Shown: positions 28,875 through 39,068 of the stretch, piece after piece
Layout of the letters: each line of letters opens with the position of its first letter
Numbering within the stretch: position 1 is the first letter of the stretch
Source: a virus
DNA length: 64,000 nt
IMG/VR virus record: IMGVR_UViG_3300017917_002918
Coordinates: 1-64,000 of that record
Reading direction: 5' to 3' (one strand)
The notes under the pieces: generated by a model
Seen by the model: only the letters and a program-made list of their open reading frames with translations
Database searches by the model: none
What the model was told of the DNA's origin: nothing
Program-made: the position numbers and the translations under genes

Positions 28875-31733
28875 ATGAGCAACTTAGAATTTGATATAGA
28901 ATACAGATCTTCTAATCAAAATTACATTTCAAACCTTCAAAGAGGATTAAATGTTAAGGATTTTGGTGCAATTGGAAATGGAATAGCAGATGATACATTA
29001 GCAATTCAAAATGCAATAAATCAAGCCTCTGATGTTGGAAATACTGTATATATAGGTGAAGGGATATATGTAATCAGTTCAACATTGATAATTAAAAATA
29101 ATGTTCGTGTCATAGGTGCAGGATCTGGAGTGACAAAATTTATATATGTTGGTTCAGGTTCGTGTATTGAATTTGATAGATTCTTTGTTTCAACAATGAA
29201 TAATTGTGGTATTAGTGGAATTAGTATTGAAGGGGATATGACAGACACAACAAACCACGGTGTTAATATAACAACTAAATACGGATTAAATAAAAGTTTT
29301 TTTAAAGATTTAGACTTTAAAAAAATTGGTGGAAATATATTCCACTTTGAAACTGGTATAGGTGCTACTGCAAAAAGCGTTGATGGTTTGTCGGGTTCAT
29401 GGGCAAGCGATCAAGGGGCAAATGTAACAATAGACGCAACTAACGCTGAATATTCAAGTCATAGCGATACATCTATTAAATTGAGTGTAAGTGCTGGTGC
29501 TACTGCTGACTATTTAGCAACTAAAACATTTTCTTCAACAGATTTTTACAATTTAGCAACAAGCGGTAGGACTTCACTCGCAACAGATTTATTAATATAT
29601 ATTCGTCCTAGTATAACACTTTACCCAGGAGATATTCAATTTACTTTTGAAACAGGATCAGTTCTCGAAACAATGGACTTGCCAAGACGTTTGCAAGCTA
29701 ATAAATGGCATAGAGTGTTAATTCCATATGTGAACACTTCGTTAACTGCCACAAAATTCAGAGTCAAAATGGCGGTAGATGTAGGTGCTTTTAATTTGTG
29801 GTTGGATGAAATACAGTCTGTATCAATGGGCAAGGCTAATTCAGATAATCCATGGTGGAATCAATATATAGACTTTAAGAATATTAGAAGTGGTTACTTC
29901 GATCACACTAAACGTTGTTATGGACATGGTATTTATGCAATGGGTGGTTTTTCAACAAATACTTTTACAAACTGTGGACTTCAATCAAAAAAAGGTAATA
30001 AAATTATTAAATATGGAACAATTATTCCTGAAAATAACAAGTTCATTACTGTTGACCCGCAAGCAATTAATAATACTGTTACACTTTCAAGAGGTGATTC
30101 AGCGTGGACTGCGGTTTCAACAAAGTCAACGTGTTCTGTTGACTCTACATTATCTGCTTCCAAAATTGTAGTCGCTGATGAGCCTACCGCTGACGTTGGT
30201 CAAATAGTTGCAACATTTTCAGTAGACGATATGACAACAGTAAGTGGTGCGGTAAATTTATATGAATGTGACGTTGTTCATTTGAATTGGAGAGTAGATA
30301 CGAAAACACTTGTAGCTGGTACGTTCCAATTTATTTTATCTGATATTCCAGATTGTTCAAATGTACTAGAAACCATTGATATTCCTGCGGTAACATCTGA
30401 TACTCAAACAAGATTTAATATTGGATTGAAAAACAAGGTAAAAGAAGTTAAATATATTGGACTTAAAAAAGCTATTGATTGTGGAACTGGTACAACAACA
30501 GTTTACATTAAAGACTTCATGGGTGTTCATCTATTTACTACTACTGAATTAACAGGAACAAGTACATTTAACTACAATAACAGAGCAGTAGTAACAACTT
30601 GTGAGGATGGAGTATGGACATCTAAAACAAATACAACTACAACAGAAGACAATAGCGTATATGTAAAAGGTTCTAAATCAACAAAAATTGCAGTTGCAGA
30701 CGCATTTACAACAGGTGTTGTTTCTGACGCAGTTCCTGCATTTACATATGATTCTGGGAACTTTACTCATCTATGTTTCTGGCTTAGAAGCTCAGTTGCT
30801 TTAAGTGCTGGAGATTATAGATTTAGATTAAACAACAGTAATCACGAATATTCAATACCAGCAATGCCTGCAAATATATGGACATTTTTGTGTTATCCTA
30901 TACTAACAGCACCAGGTAATGTTACAAAACTTGAATTAAATCAGTCGGTGGATAAGGGAGCAATGGATCTATATATTGACCAAGTGATATTGTTTAAGAA
31001 CGAAGACAATGGTTTCTACTTATTGAATACAATTAATACTTCGTTTGACAATTGCTATTTTGAGGCAATTGGTCAGTATGATGATTATTCTAGCATGGCA
31101 GCAATAATGATTGATGGATTTGCAAATAAAAATACTAACCTTAGAAACTGTTTATTGTCAGCTTCCAAACTGCCTGTTAGAAACTTTAAGGCATTAAATA
31201 CAAATTTATCAGATAATACATTTAATTATACAACTGGAAGCGTTATAAATAGTCCACTATGCGATATTATAAACTTTACATCTACGGACTATATAATACT
31301 CGGCAAGAATGAAAGATTAGACTCTAATGCTAGAACATATCTAATCGATAATGTCAATAACTCTGGCAGTATGATTAGGGCAATTGGGTTGAATAGATAT
31401 ACTGATAGCTGGAGAGATGTGGGAAGAACAAGACCAAGCGTTACTCAATCGGGTGACTATACATTAGCATTGACAGATGCCGAAACTATACAGAAGTGTA
31501 CAAAAGCAACAGCACAAGCATTGACGATTCCTCCTGATTCAAGTGTAAATTTCCCAATTAATACTGTAATTGAAGTATATCAGTATGGAGCAGGTCAAGT
31601 TACATTAACTCCAGGTTCAGGCGTAACTTTGCGTTCGGCTATAGGTTTGAAAACTTCAGCTCAGTACGCAAAATGTGAGATTCGCAAAATAGCACAAAAC
31701 GAGTGGCTGTGCTCAGGTGGATTAGTAGTATAA
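28875..31733 (+). CDS. Tailspike/depolymerase-like protein (pectate-lyase-type beta-helix with inserted carbohydrate-binding-like modules)
   Basis: NVKDFGA.G.G..DDT.AIQ.AI motif; repeated modules ending 'LWLDEI'/'LYIDQV'; C-terminal 'YTL.LTDA..LTIPP..FPI.T..Q.GAGQVT' domain. Confidence 0.75.
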   Translation: MSNLEFDIEYRSSNQNYISNLQRGLNVKDFGAIGNGIADDTLAIQNAINQASDVGNTVYIGEGIYVISSTLIIKNNVRVIGAGSGVTKFIYVGSGSCIEFDRFFVSTMNNCGISGISIEGDMTDTTNHGVNITTKYGLNKSFFKDLDFKKIGGNIFHFETGIGATAKSVDGLSGSWASDQGANVTIDATNAEYSSHSDTSIKLSVSAGATADYLATKTFSSTDFYNLATSGRTSLATDLLIYIRPSITLYPGDIQFTFETGSVLETMDLPRRLQANKWHRVLIPYVNTSLTATKFRVKMAVDVGAFNLWLDEIQSVSMGKANSDNPWWNQYIDFKNIRSGYFDHTKRCYGHGIYAMGGFSTNTFTNCGLQSKKGNKIIKYGTIIPENNKFITVDPQAINNTVTLSRGDSAWTAVSTKSTCSVDSTLSASKIVVADEPTADVGQIVATFSVDDMTTVSGAVNLYECDVVHLNWRVDTKTLVAGTFQFILSDIPDCSNVLETIDIPAVTSDTQTRFNIGLKNKVKEVKYIGLKKAIDCGTGTTTVYIKDFMGVHLFTTTELTGTSTFNYNNRAVVTTCEDGVWTSKTNTTTTEDNSVYVKGSKSTKIAVADAFTTGVVSDAVPAFTYDSGNFTHLCFWLRSSVALSAGDYRFRLNNSNHEYSIPAMPANIWTFLCYPILTAPGNVTKLELNQSVDKGAMDLYIDQVILFKNEDNGFYLLNTINTSFDNCYFEAIGQYDDYSSMAAIMIDGFANKNTNLRNCLLSASKLPVRNFKALNTNLSDNTFNYTTGSVINSPLCDIINFTSTDYIILGKNERLDSNARTYLIDNVNNSGSMIRAIGLNRYTDSWRDVGRTRPSVTQSGDYTLALTDAETIQKCTKATAQALTIPPDSSVNFPINTVIEVYQYGAGQVTLTPGSGVTLRSAIGLKTSAQYAKCEIRKIAQNEWLCSGGLVV

Positions 31734-31889
31734 AAGGTGGTGATAATCGATGGGAATTTTAGAATTTGATATAGAAAAGATTCGCCACGTTATCTACCAT
31801 GTTTTAGCTCGTGTGGAAATTCGGTAGCTGGTTATTAATAAATTGATAATAATTAATTTATAACTTTGTTCTATTTCATAGGGGGAGGT

Positions 31890-32231
31890 ATGATTGGGAT
31901 GATAGATAGGCAAATGTGTGGTGAACATAGTGGGCAATGTGAAAAAATTCATTATTTAGAAAAAGAGCTTATAGAAATAAAATCAACAATGGACAATTTT
32001 AAAGGCTATGTGGATGGTAGATTTAACAGTACGAATAGTGAAATGAAAGACTTGAGAAAAGAGCTGACTGATAAAATGGAATCAGGGTTTAAAGAGATAA
32101 AAACTATAATTGAGAACAAAGAAACAGTAAAAGATAATAAAAAGTGGATACTAATTAGTAGTTTAGTATCCCCTTTAATTGTTGGATTTATTTTATTAAT
32201 TGCACAATATTTGTTAATGCAATCTAAATAA
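31890..32231 (+). CDS. Coiled-coil protein with a C-terminal TM helix (XhlA-like lysis accessory)
   Basis: Coiled coil plus one C-terminal hydrophobic helix; first gene of the lysis cassette. Confidence 0.6.
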   Translation: MIGMIDRQMCGEHSGQCEKIHYLEKELIEIKSTMDNFKGYVDGRFNSTNSEMKDLRKELTDKMESGFKEIKTIIENKETVKDNKKWILISSLVSPLIVGFILLIAQYLLMQSK

Positions 32232-32257
32232 TAAACAAATTGAAAGCGGTGATCTCG

Positions 32258-32653
32258 ATGGGTTTTGTTAAATCATTTTTCAGTATCGATGAAAGAAGAG
32301 TTAGTTCATTGATTATAGGATTTTTTATTTTAATGGGTATTGCTGTGTACAAATCAGTTATAGGTCAAGATATACCACAAAACCTTATGACATTACTCAT
32401 CGTGTTTATCACAACAATTGGTGGAGTGAATGTTATACCAGAAGTAACAAATCTTATAAGTACTAATAAACAATCAAATTATAATAATATGAACAATAGT
32501 TATGGTGGTTACAGTAATTATGGTGGCTACAATTCAGGATATGGTTATGGTGGTTATGGCACAAACAATAACTATACTACTTCATATGTAAATCCGACTG
32601 TACCTGTAGTTACAAGTGACGTAAATGATCCTTCCAATACAGGCAACATATAA
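32258..32653 (+). CDS. Putative holin with a Tyr/Gly/Asn-rich tail
   Basis: Two hydrophobic helices; directly upstream of the endolysin. Confidence 0.65.
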   Translation: MGFVKSFFSIDERRVSSLIIGFFILMGIAVYKSVIGQDIPQNLMTLLIVFITTIGGVNVIPEVTNLISTNKQSNYNNMNNSYGGYSNYGGYNSGYGYGGYGTNNNYTTSYVNPTVPVVTSDVNDPSNTGNI

Positions 32654-32672
32654 GTGAATAGAGTGAAAGGAT

Positions 32673-33617
32673 GTGATGATTGTGGAAATTATCAAGAAAT
32701 TAATTAAATATAATTATACTACAAAGCCAAATAGAAAGTTTTCTTTCATTTGTGTTCATGACACCGATAATGTAGATATGGGAGCAAATGCACTAATGCA
32801 CTATAATTATTTTAATGAAGGTAATAAAAATGCTTCTGCTGATTTCTTCGTTGATGATAAACAAGTAATACAATTAATCGACATTGACAATGCGTATTCA
32901 TGGGCGGTCGGTGATGGCTATGGTAAATACGGAATAACAAATGCTAACTCAATTAGCGTGGAGATTTGTATTAACTCAGATGGCAATTATAACACAGCAG
33001 TAATAAATACAATTGAGTTAGTTGCATATCTGATGAGGACATATAACATACCGATTGAACGTGTTGTTTCACACCACATGGCGAGCAGGAAAATTTGCCC
33101 AAAAAGTATGTATGACAACGGAAAATGGACGGGTTGGAATAAGTTTAAACGTGATTTGGCTAACTTCATAGCACCTAGCAACAACATAGTAGTTAAGTCT
33201 GCTCCGCCTCCTGCACCAGTTATAGAGCAATGGCAAATTAATACCATGAATTATTTACTTGAGAATAAATTAATTCCACCAAATCAATTTAATGCAAATA
33301 CACCTGTTACATTGGCTTTGTTTGCAGATATAATGAATGCTTATAAATATAAAGCGGGAAGCATAGATCCTATTCCATTCTTGACACAAAACGGTTATAT
33401 TAAAGATCCTCATCCTTGGAACGAATTGTTGAATTTTGAAACTTTCGGGTATATAATGATGAATAAGCTAGGTGATGGTAATGGATTAGATCCTTTGGTG
33501 TATTTACAGACAAAAAGATTTTTAAAGAGTCCAAAAGAACCAAATACTATTATAACTGTATCTGTATTGGGTGCTATATTCATGAATTGGACTAGCCTTG
33601 GTAATGTGATGCCTTGA
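32673..33617 (+). CDS. Endolysin, N-acetylmuramoyl-L-alanine amidase (Amidase_2)
   Basis: ICVHDT, SISVEIC, VVSH and KICP motifs; Pro linker; three C-terminal repeats. Confidence 0.9.
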   Translation: MMIVEIIKKLIKYNYTTKPNRKFSFICVHDTDNVDMGANALMHYNYFNEGNKNASADFFVDDKQVIQLIDIDNAYSWAVGDGYGKYGITNANSISVEICINSDGNYNTAVINTIELVAYLMRTYNIPIERVVSHHMASRKICPKSMYDNGKWTGWNKFKRDLANFIAPSNNIVVKSAPPPAPVIEQWQINTMNYLLENKLIPPNQFNANTPVTLALFADIMNAYKYKAGSIDPIPFLTQNGYIKDPHPWNELLNFETFGYIMMNKLGDGNGLDPLVYLQTKRFLKSPKEPNTIITVSVLGAIFMNWTSLGNVMP

Positions 33618-33622
33618 TTAAA

Positions 33623-33660
33623 ATAGCCATATGTTATAGTCGCATATGGCTATACTTTTT
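33623..33660. terminator. Terminator between the convergent lysis and par genes
   Basis: ATAGCCATATG / CATATGGCTAT hairpin. Confidence 0.75.
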
Positions 33661-34279
33661 ATTCAAAATTCACACTTTTCAATCCATTCAACAATAACAA
33701 TTCCATGATTTGATATTTTTTTAATGGCGTTTTTTGACTTAACACAGCTATTACTTCGTGAATCTCAACTCGTGCAGGAAAACTGAATGTTGGAAGTTTA
33801 TCATCAAACTTAATTTTTTCTTTTTTGCTTGTAAAAGACATAGGTTTTGCTTCTTCTTTTTGTAAATCTTCTATTTTAGTAATATATTTTTGAACAATTG
33901 TACTTAAACTTTCTTCATTAGTGTTTTCTATATTATTATCTATTGGTTTTTCATTGTTACTTTCTATAATAACTTCTAATACTTTTTCTATAGCTATTTC
34001 ATCTTCTAAAGCTTCAACTTCTACTTTTCCATTAGTAATATCTATTTCTTTTTCAAGGACTTTTTCCTTTCCTAAACCTTTAGTAATAGGTTTTATCATA
34101 TCTTCTGCTTTGACTTCTGTAATACCTTTTTCAATAGGTTCTATAGTAGTGTCTACAATAGGTTCTACCTTGGTATTACTATTATCATTAACCTTTTCTC
34201 CTTCTTCTACAACCTCTGATAATTGAGCTGCTAATGCTCTACTCATTCTATCCGATACACTTGGACGTTTATTTGCCAT
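33659..34279 (-). CDS. Putative centromere-binding partner of ParA
   Basis: Overlaps the parA stop; basic N-terminus, low-complexity acidic middle, RHH-like C-terminus. Confidence 0.55.
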   Translation of the reverse strand: MANKRPSVSDRMSRALAAQLSEVVEEGEKVNDNSNTKVEPIVDTTIEPIEKGITEVKAEDMIKPITKGLGKEKVLEKEIDITNGKVEVEALEDEIAIEKVLEVIIESNNEKPIDNNIENTNEESLSTIVQKYITKIEDLQKEEAKPMSFTSKKEKIKFDDKLPTFSFPARVEIHEVIAVLSQKTPLKKYQIMELLLLNGLKSVNFE

Positions 34280-35027
34280 AATTAATCACCTCTTCTGCTA
34301 ATTTCATATATGCTTGAGAGCCTTCAAATTCCATTCCTGCATATTCCATTATTGACTTGCATGCTAGACAAGAATCCGAAAATTTAATACTTCTCTTAAT
34401 AATAATACCAAATACTGGATACTTCTTTTTAAGCTCTTCGAGTATTTCTTGATGATGTTTTATTCTTCCATCGAAAAGTGCCACCAACACACCCATTAAT
34501 TCAATCTTCAAATCTAATGTCTTCTTTATTCCATTTAAAGTTTCAAATAAGATCTCCATACCTCTAAATGCTAAATACGAAGGTTCAATTGGTGCGATTA
34601 TATAATCGCTTGCTATCATTGCGTTTATTGTTAATATTCCTAATGATGGAGTATTATCTATAACAATATAATCATAGTTTTCTTTAATATGAGACAATTT
34701 TTCTCTTAAAATAAACTCCCTACCTATTTTGCTCGATATTTCGGTCTCTCCTGCTGACAAATCAATTGATGAAGGTAAAATATCAATATTATGATTATTT
34801 GTCCTCAGAATGGCTTCTGTGATGTCGCATTTTTCAGTCATAACATCATACATTGTCTTTTTTTGCTCCAAAGGTTCAAATCCAGCATAAATTGTCAAAC
34901 TTGACTGGGGATCATTATCAATCATTAAAACTTTCTTATTTAATAATGTGAGTGCATATGTCAAATTAATTGTACTGGAAGTTTTTGTAACACCACCTTT
35001 ATTATTAACCATTGAAATTACTTTCAT
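34269..35027 (-). CDS. parA: ParA/Soj partition ATPase
   Basis: Deviant Walker A KGGVTKT, IDNDPQ and YIVIDNTP motifs; start chosen from RBS AGGAGG. Confidence 0.92.
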   Translation of the reverse strand: MKVISMVNNKGGVTKTSSTINLTYALTLLNKKVLMIDNDPQSSLTIYAGFEPLEQKKTMYDVMTEKCDITEAILRTNNHNIDILPSSIDLSAGETEISSKIGREFILREKLSHIKENYDYIVIDNTPSLGILTINAMIASDYIIAPIEPSYLAFRGMEILFETLNGIKKTLDLKIELMGVLVALFDGRIKHHQEILEELKKKYPVFGIIIKRSIKFSDSCLACKSIMEYAGMEFEGSQAYMKLAEEVINYGK

Positions 35028-35786
35028 TAACATTCCTCCTAAATATATATTACTTACATTTGCATTTGTTTTAATAATTCTTACAACATATAGTTTAGTG
35101 TATATTTTTGTAAATGTCAACATATTAATTAAATGTAATTCTTTTTGTGTAGTAACAAGTATTAATTTTAACATTGTTATTAAATTTATTATTATTATAC
35201 TAAATCATATGTTATTCTCTAAAACTTATTGATATATTATTGTTTTTATTTTTAATATTGGGAATCATTTTTGATTTACACTTATATGTACTAATACTAT
35301 GTTTATCAACACTACTACTATTATTGTTATATATGTTTCTATTAGTATTATAATAGTATTATGTTTTACTTTTTTGTTTCACATCATTATTCTTAACTAT
35401 ATTTTATTTTTTATTAATATTTGAATATTTTTGTTGTTTATTATCTTATTACTTATATTTTTTATTATTGTTATATTTATATATTTGACTTTTACATACA
35501 CTAATATTTTTAGTATTCATATATAATTGTTGTTTTGTTTTAATATTTATATATTTATTCTTAATCAATTCAAAAAACATATCACTAAACCTTTAGGTAA
35601 AACTTTAAACATATTTTTCTTCACATTTAATAATATTTTTATACTTAATGCTAATACTAAAAGTGGTTGTATCACTAATGTGATCTTAATACATAATACT
35701 ATAAATATTACTACAACTATTTTTTTCAAAGTTGCATAAACTTGAATATTATGGTACGATGTTAGAAAAATAATAGAGGTGATAAT

Positions 35787-36794
35787 ATGGCTAAAAAACC
35801 TAATGAACCACTGAAACAATACATTTCTGTTGCAAACAATAGTGAAATATATAAACTAGGTAAGGCATTAACGACTAAGGATTTCTTTTCGTCAATAGAG
35901 GGACAAGATCCTTCTGCCGAGATAAGTGATTCTAAAAAGAATATCATTATGCAGATAACCGAATATGACGTAGTTAAAAAACCTTCACTATTGATGAAGG
36001 CTACGAAAAAAGAAGAGATAGTAAACAAGGTAACTGAGAGATTAGAAAGCCTAGATCAGAATACTAGGGATGTATATTTGATATTATTTACGCATTGGAT
36101 GAAAAATAAGATTGGTGAAGGGTTAGAAGATGAGGGAAAAGCATTTATTGAGTTAGATTCTATTCATTTCGACTATAGAGGACTAAGAGGTAAAAACTTA
36201 ACTTCATCAATGGACGCACCAACTTATACTAATTACATTCAAGCAATTGATACGTTGTCTGCAACGAAGGTGAAAATAGACATAACAAAAGAAACTAATG
36301 TAGCATATGAAAAGATTAAAAGTTTAAAATGGGGAGCAGTCGAAGGATTCTTAATAAATAATCTTCGATTAATTTGGAATGATAAAAAATCTAAAGTCAT
36401 AGGTTTATTTTATGATTTGGGTCTGATAGGGGAGGCGTATACGCAACATGTTCCTCAAATTAACAACAAGTACCCAACTGCAATATTACAATTAGACTCT
36501 AAAAATTACGCTACAGCAAAGGATATAGGGAATTACCTATGTTTTCTACATCGTTGTAATGAAAATGCAAACAACAAGAAAACCATATTGGGGTTGTATA
36601 GTTTGATGATGGAAGTTAGATTTGAGGTACAATCTCGTTATGCACAGAGATGTATTGATAGATTTTTAAAGCATTTAACAAAAATTGAAGATGTATTAAT
36701 AAAGAATGGCATTGTAAGATCAATAAAAATACCAACTGATATACATTCTAAGAATTATAAAACTCAACAAATTGAAGTAAATTGGTTTTATTAA
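35787..36794 (+). CDS. Putative plasmid replication initiator
   Basis: Divergent from parA and directly followed by iterons; family not recognised from sequence. Confidence 0.5.
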   Translation: MAKKPNEPLKQYISVANNSEIYKLGKALTTKDFFSSIEGQDPSAEISDSKKNIIMQITEYDVVKKPSLLMKATKKEEIVNKVTERLESLDQNTRDVYLILFTHWMKNKIGEGLEDEGKAFIELDSIHFDYRGLRGKNLTSSMDAPTYTNYIQAIDTLSATKVKIDITKETNVAYEKIKSLKWGAVEGFLINNLRLIWNDKKSKVIGLFYDLGLIGEAYTQHVPQINNKYPTAILQLDSKNYATAKDIGNYLCFLHRCNENANNKKTILGLYSLMMEVRFEVQSRYAQRCIDRFLKHLTKIEDVLIKNGIVRSIKIPTDIHSKNYKTQQIEVNWFY

Positions 36795-36805
36795 CTGTCA
36801 CCAAA

Positions 36806-36868
36806 TAAGGGATCACGATCACATTTTAAGGGATCACGATCACATTTTAAGGGATCACGATCACATTT
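36806..36868 (+). repeat. Three perfect tandem 21-bp iterons (putative origin)
   Basis: TAAGGGATCACGATCACATTT x3, period of two helical turns. Confidence 0.85.
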
Positions 36869-37004
36869 GAAAAGTTAAAACATTGTCATGTGAACACTTT
36901 TAGGGATTTAAATGTTGGGGTATGTCTTTAAGATCTTTAAGAGAAAGTCATCCCCACTTTTCAAATGTAGTTTTTTTTGGTACACTATAAATACAAAGCC
37001 TATA

Positions 37005-37093
37005 CAAAGAACAAACCCCATATAATCCCACTCGCCAGTGAAAGTATTATATGAGGCTCACATTTACATTTACTTATTAACTTTTTAATGTAT
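37005..37093 (-). ncRNA. Candidate antisense (copy-control) RNA
   Basis: Minus-strand promoter TTGACT (37124-37129) / TGGTATACT (37100-37108), then a hairpin-terminator at about 37010-37058; no ORF. Confidence 0.5.
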
Positions 37094-37181
37094 GTATATA
37101 GTATACCACTAATTCATACATATAGTCAATATTTAAATGTCTTCTTTGTCATGGATTTTTACAGATGAGGAGGATTTTTTC

Positions 37182-38051
37182 ATGTTAGCAAAAGATACGT
37201 TTTTCAAGGGTTACGATATGATATTTGAAATGGAACTTTCCATTTATGCAAAAATGGTATATTTTTACTTAAGCAAATGTAAGAATAATGATAACACCTG
37301 TTTCCCTTGTCATTTCACAATCGCAAAGAACTGTTCCTGCGGTGTTACAAAAGTTAAAGAAGCTATAAAGGAATTGGTCGCTCATAAATTGTTACTGAAG
37401 GAAGAAAGATATACTGGAACAAAAAAGGGCAAAAACTCCCAAACGTCAAACTTATATACTGTTTATAACAAACCTCAAGAAATAGAAATTGAAAACAAAA
37501 ATGAAATAGAAGAACAACCCAAAGTAGAACCTGTTAAAATTGAAATGGTACAAGCTGAAGATAATGTTGTTCCATTTGAGAAACCAATAGAAAAAGAGAA
37601 TGTTAATTTAACGACTAGGGGGCAGTCGCAGGATGACTACAGAACTGGATCTTCATTTAACTTAACTTCTAAACCTAGTAGATCTATCTATCTATCTAAT
37701 CAAGATCATAAAGCAGAAATGATGGAAGATTTAAACTCAGTTTTTGTTAATTCACAAGTAAGTTTATATGATAAGCCGTATAAGAATATGATTACTGCGA
37801 CAATATCAAGTATGTTTTGTGATGATTCTAAGCAATCATTCAGTGCCAAACATAGATTACCGTTGAGAATTATTCAATCTCACTTAAAAGAATTAACACT
37901 CGAAACAATAGATTATGCGATATATAATTATAAACAAGAATTAGAATCAGGAAAACAAATTCATTCACCAAATAAATATTTCGCAGAATGTTTATGGACT
38001 GCTATATTAGATTATCCATTGTCTGAAATAGGCTTATATTCGGCTGTGTGA
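37182..38051 (+). CDS. Winged-HTH replication-initiator-like protein
   Basis: AKMVYFYL...CFPC..TIA......V..AIKEL...LL....SNLY; C-terminal 'I.SP.KYF' motif. Confidence 0.7.
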   Translation: MLAKDTFFKGYDMIFEMELSIYAKMVYFYLSKCKNNDNTCFPCHFTIAKNCSCGVTKVKEAIKELVAHKLLLKEERYTGTKKGKNSQTSNLYTVYNKPQEIEIENKNEIEEQPKVEPVKIEMVQAEDNVVPFEKPIEKENVNLTTRGQSQDDYRTGSSFNLTSKPSRSIYLSNQDHKAEMMEDLNSVFVNSQVSLYDKPYKNMITATISSMFCDDSKQSFSAKHRLPLRIIQSHLKELTLETIDYAIYNYKQELESGKQIHSPNKYFAECLWTAILDYPLSEIGLYSAV

Positions 38052-38121
38052 TGGATTTATTGGTAACTGAGCTAATTAGTCAAAATTATATTTATACCGA
38101 TAAGAGAGTGGAGAAGATGTT

Positions 38122-39045
38122 ATGTTAGATTCATTACCTAGTTATGTTGAGAATTATTTTAATTATATGACAACAATCAAAGCCAAGTCTTTTAACACCA
38201 ATCATTGTTACAGATATGATTTAATTGAGTTTTTTAATTATATGAATAACAATATTCTGTTAAATAAACTTGAACGATTAGATATGATTGTGATTGATGA
38301 TTTGAAAAGTCTTGAATTGACTGATTTTTATAATTATATCTTATATCTCAAAGCCAATAATAACCTGAAGAGTTCATCGGCAAATAGAAAATTAGCATCC
38401 ATAAAGTCACTTTTTAACTATTTATGTAACAAGGAAAAATTACTAGAAACAAATGTTACAAAAGAATTAACATACTCTCTTTTGCCAAGAAAAATACCAA
38501 TATACTTAACTCTAGAGGAGTCTAAAACACTATTGAAGTCTGTAACTGGTAAAAATAGTGAAAGGGATTTTGCTATTTTGTTACTATTTTTAACAAGCGG
38601 TATAAGGCTGTCTGAGCTTATTAATATAAAAATGAATGATATTAAGAATGATTTATTAATTGTGACTGGAAAAAGCGATAAGGAAAGAACCATACCACTG
38701 AATAAGTCATGTATTGTTGCTATTGATGAGTATTTAAAAATAAGAAGCAAACTAAATGTCAAAACAGATATATTGTTTGTTACAATTAGAAAAACTAAAA
38801 TGAGTCCAGATTCAATTCAACTATTGATGAAAAAGTATTTAAAATTATCAGAACTAAGTAACAAGTACTCGCCACATAAACTTAGACATACAGCAGCCAC
38901 TTTGATGTACAAGCAGAATGTTGATATAATCGCTCTAAAAGAATTATTAGGGCATGAGTCTATACAAACTACAGCTATATATACTCATACTGATGTCAAA
39001 AACATAAAGGATGCCCTAGATGGACACCCCTTGAACAAGAAATAA
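38122..39045 (+). CDS. XerC/XerD-like tyrosine recombinase (possible multimer resolution)
   Basis: GIRLSEL, TGK..KER, PHKLRHT, LLGH and TAIYTH motifs. Confidence 0.92.
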   Translation: MLDSLPSYVENYFNYMTTIKAKSFNTNHCYRYDLIEFFNYMNNNILLNKLERLDMIVIDDLKSLELTDFYNYILYLKANNNLKSSSANRKLASIKSLFNYLCNKEKLLETNVTKELTYSLLPRKIPIYLTLEESKTLLKSVTGKNSERDFAILLLFLTSGIRLSELINIKMNDIKNDLLIVTGKSDKERTIPLNKSCIVAIDEYLKIRSKLNVKTDILFVTIRKTKMSPDSIQLLMKKYLKLSELSNKYSPHKLRHTAATLMYKQNVDIIALKELLGHESIQTTAIYTHTDVKNIKDALDGHPLNKK

Positions 39046-39068
39046 ATTTATAATTTAATTAGTTATAG

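Noticed and set aside
14491-31733. Diversity-generating retroelement or invertase-driven tail fiber switching
   Set aside because: No reverse transcriptase, template/variable repeat pair or inverted fiber cassettes were seen
36806-36868. Possible CRISPR array
   Set aside because: The repeats are directly tandem with no spacers and no cas genes nearby; context fits iterons
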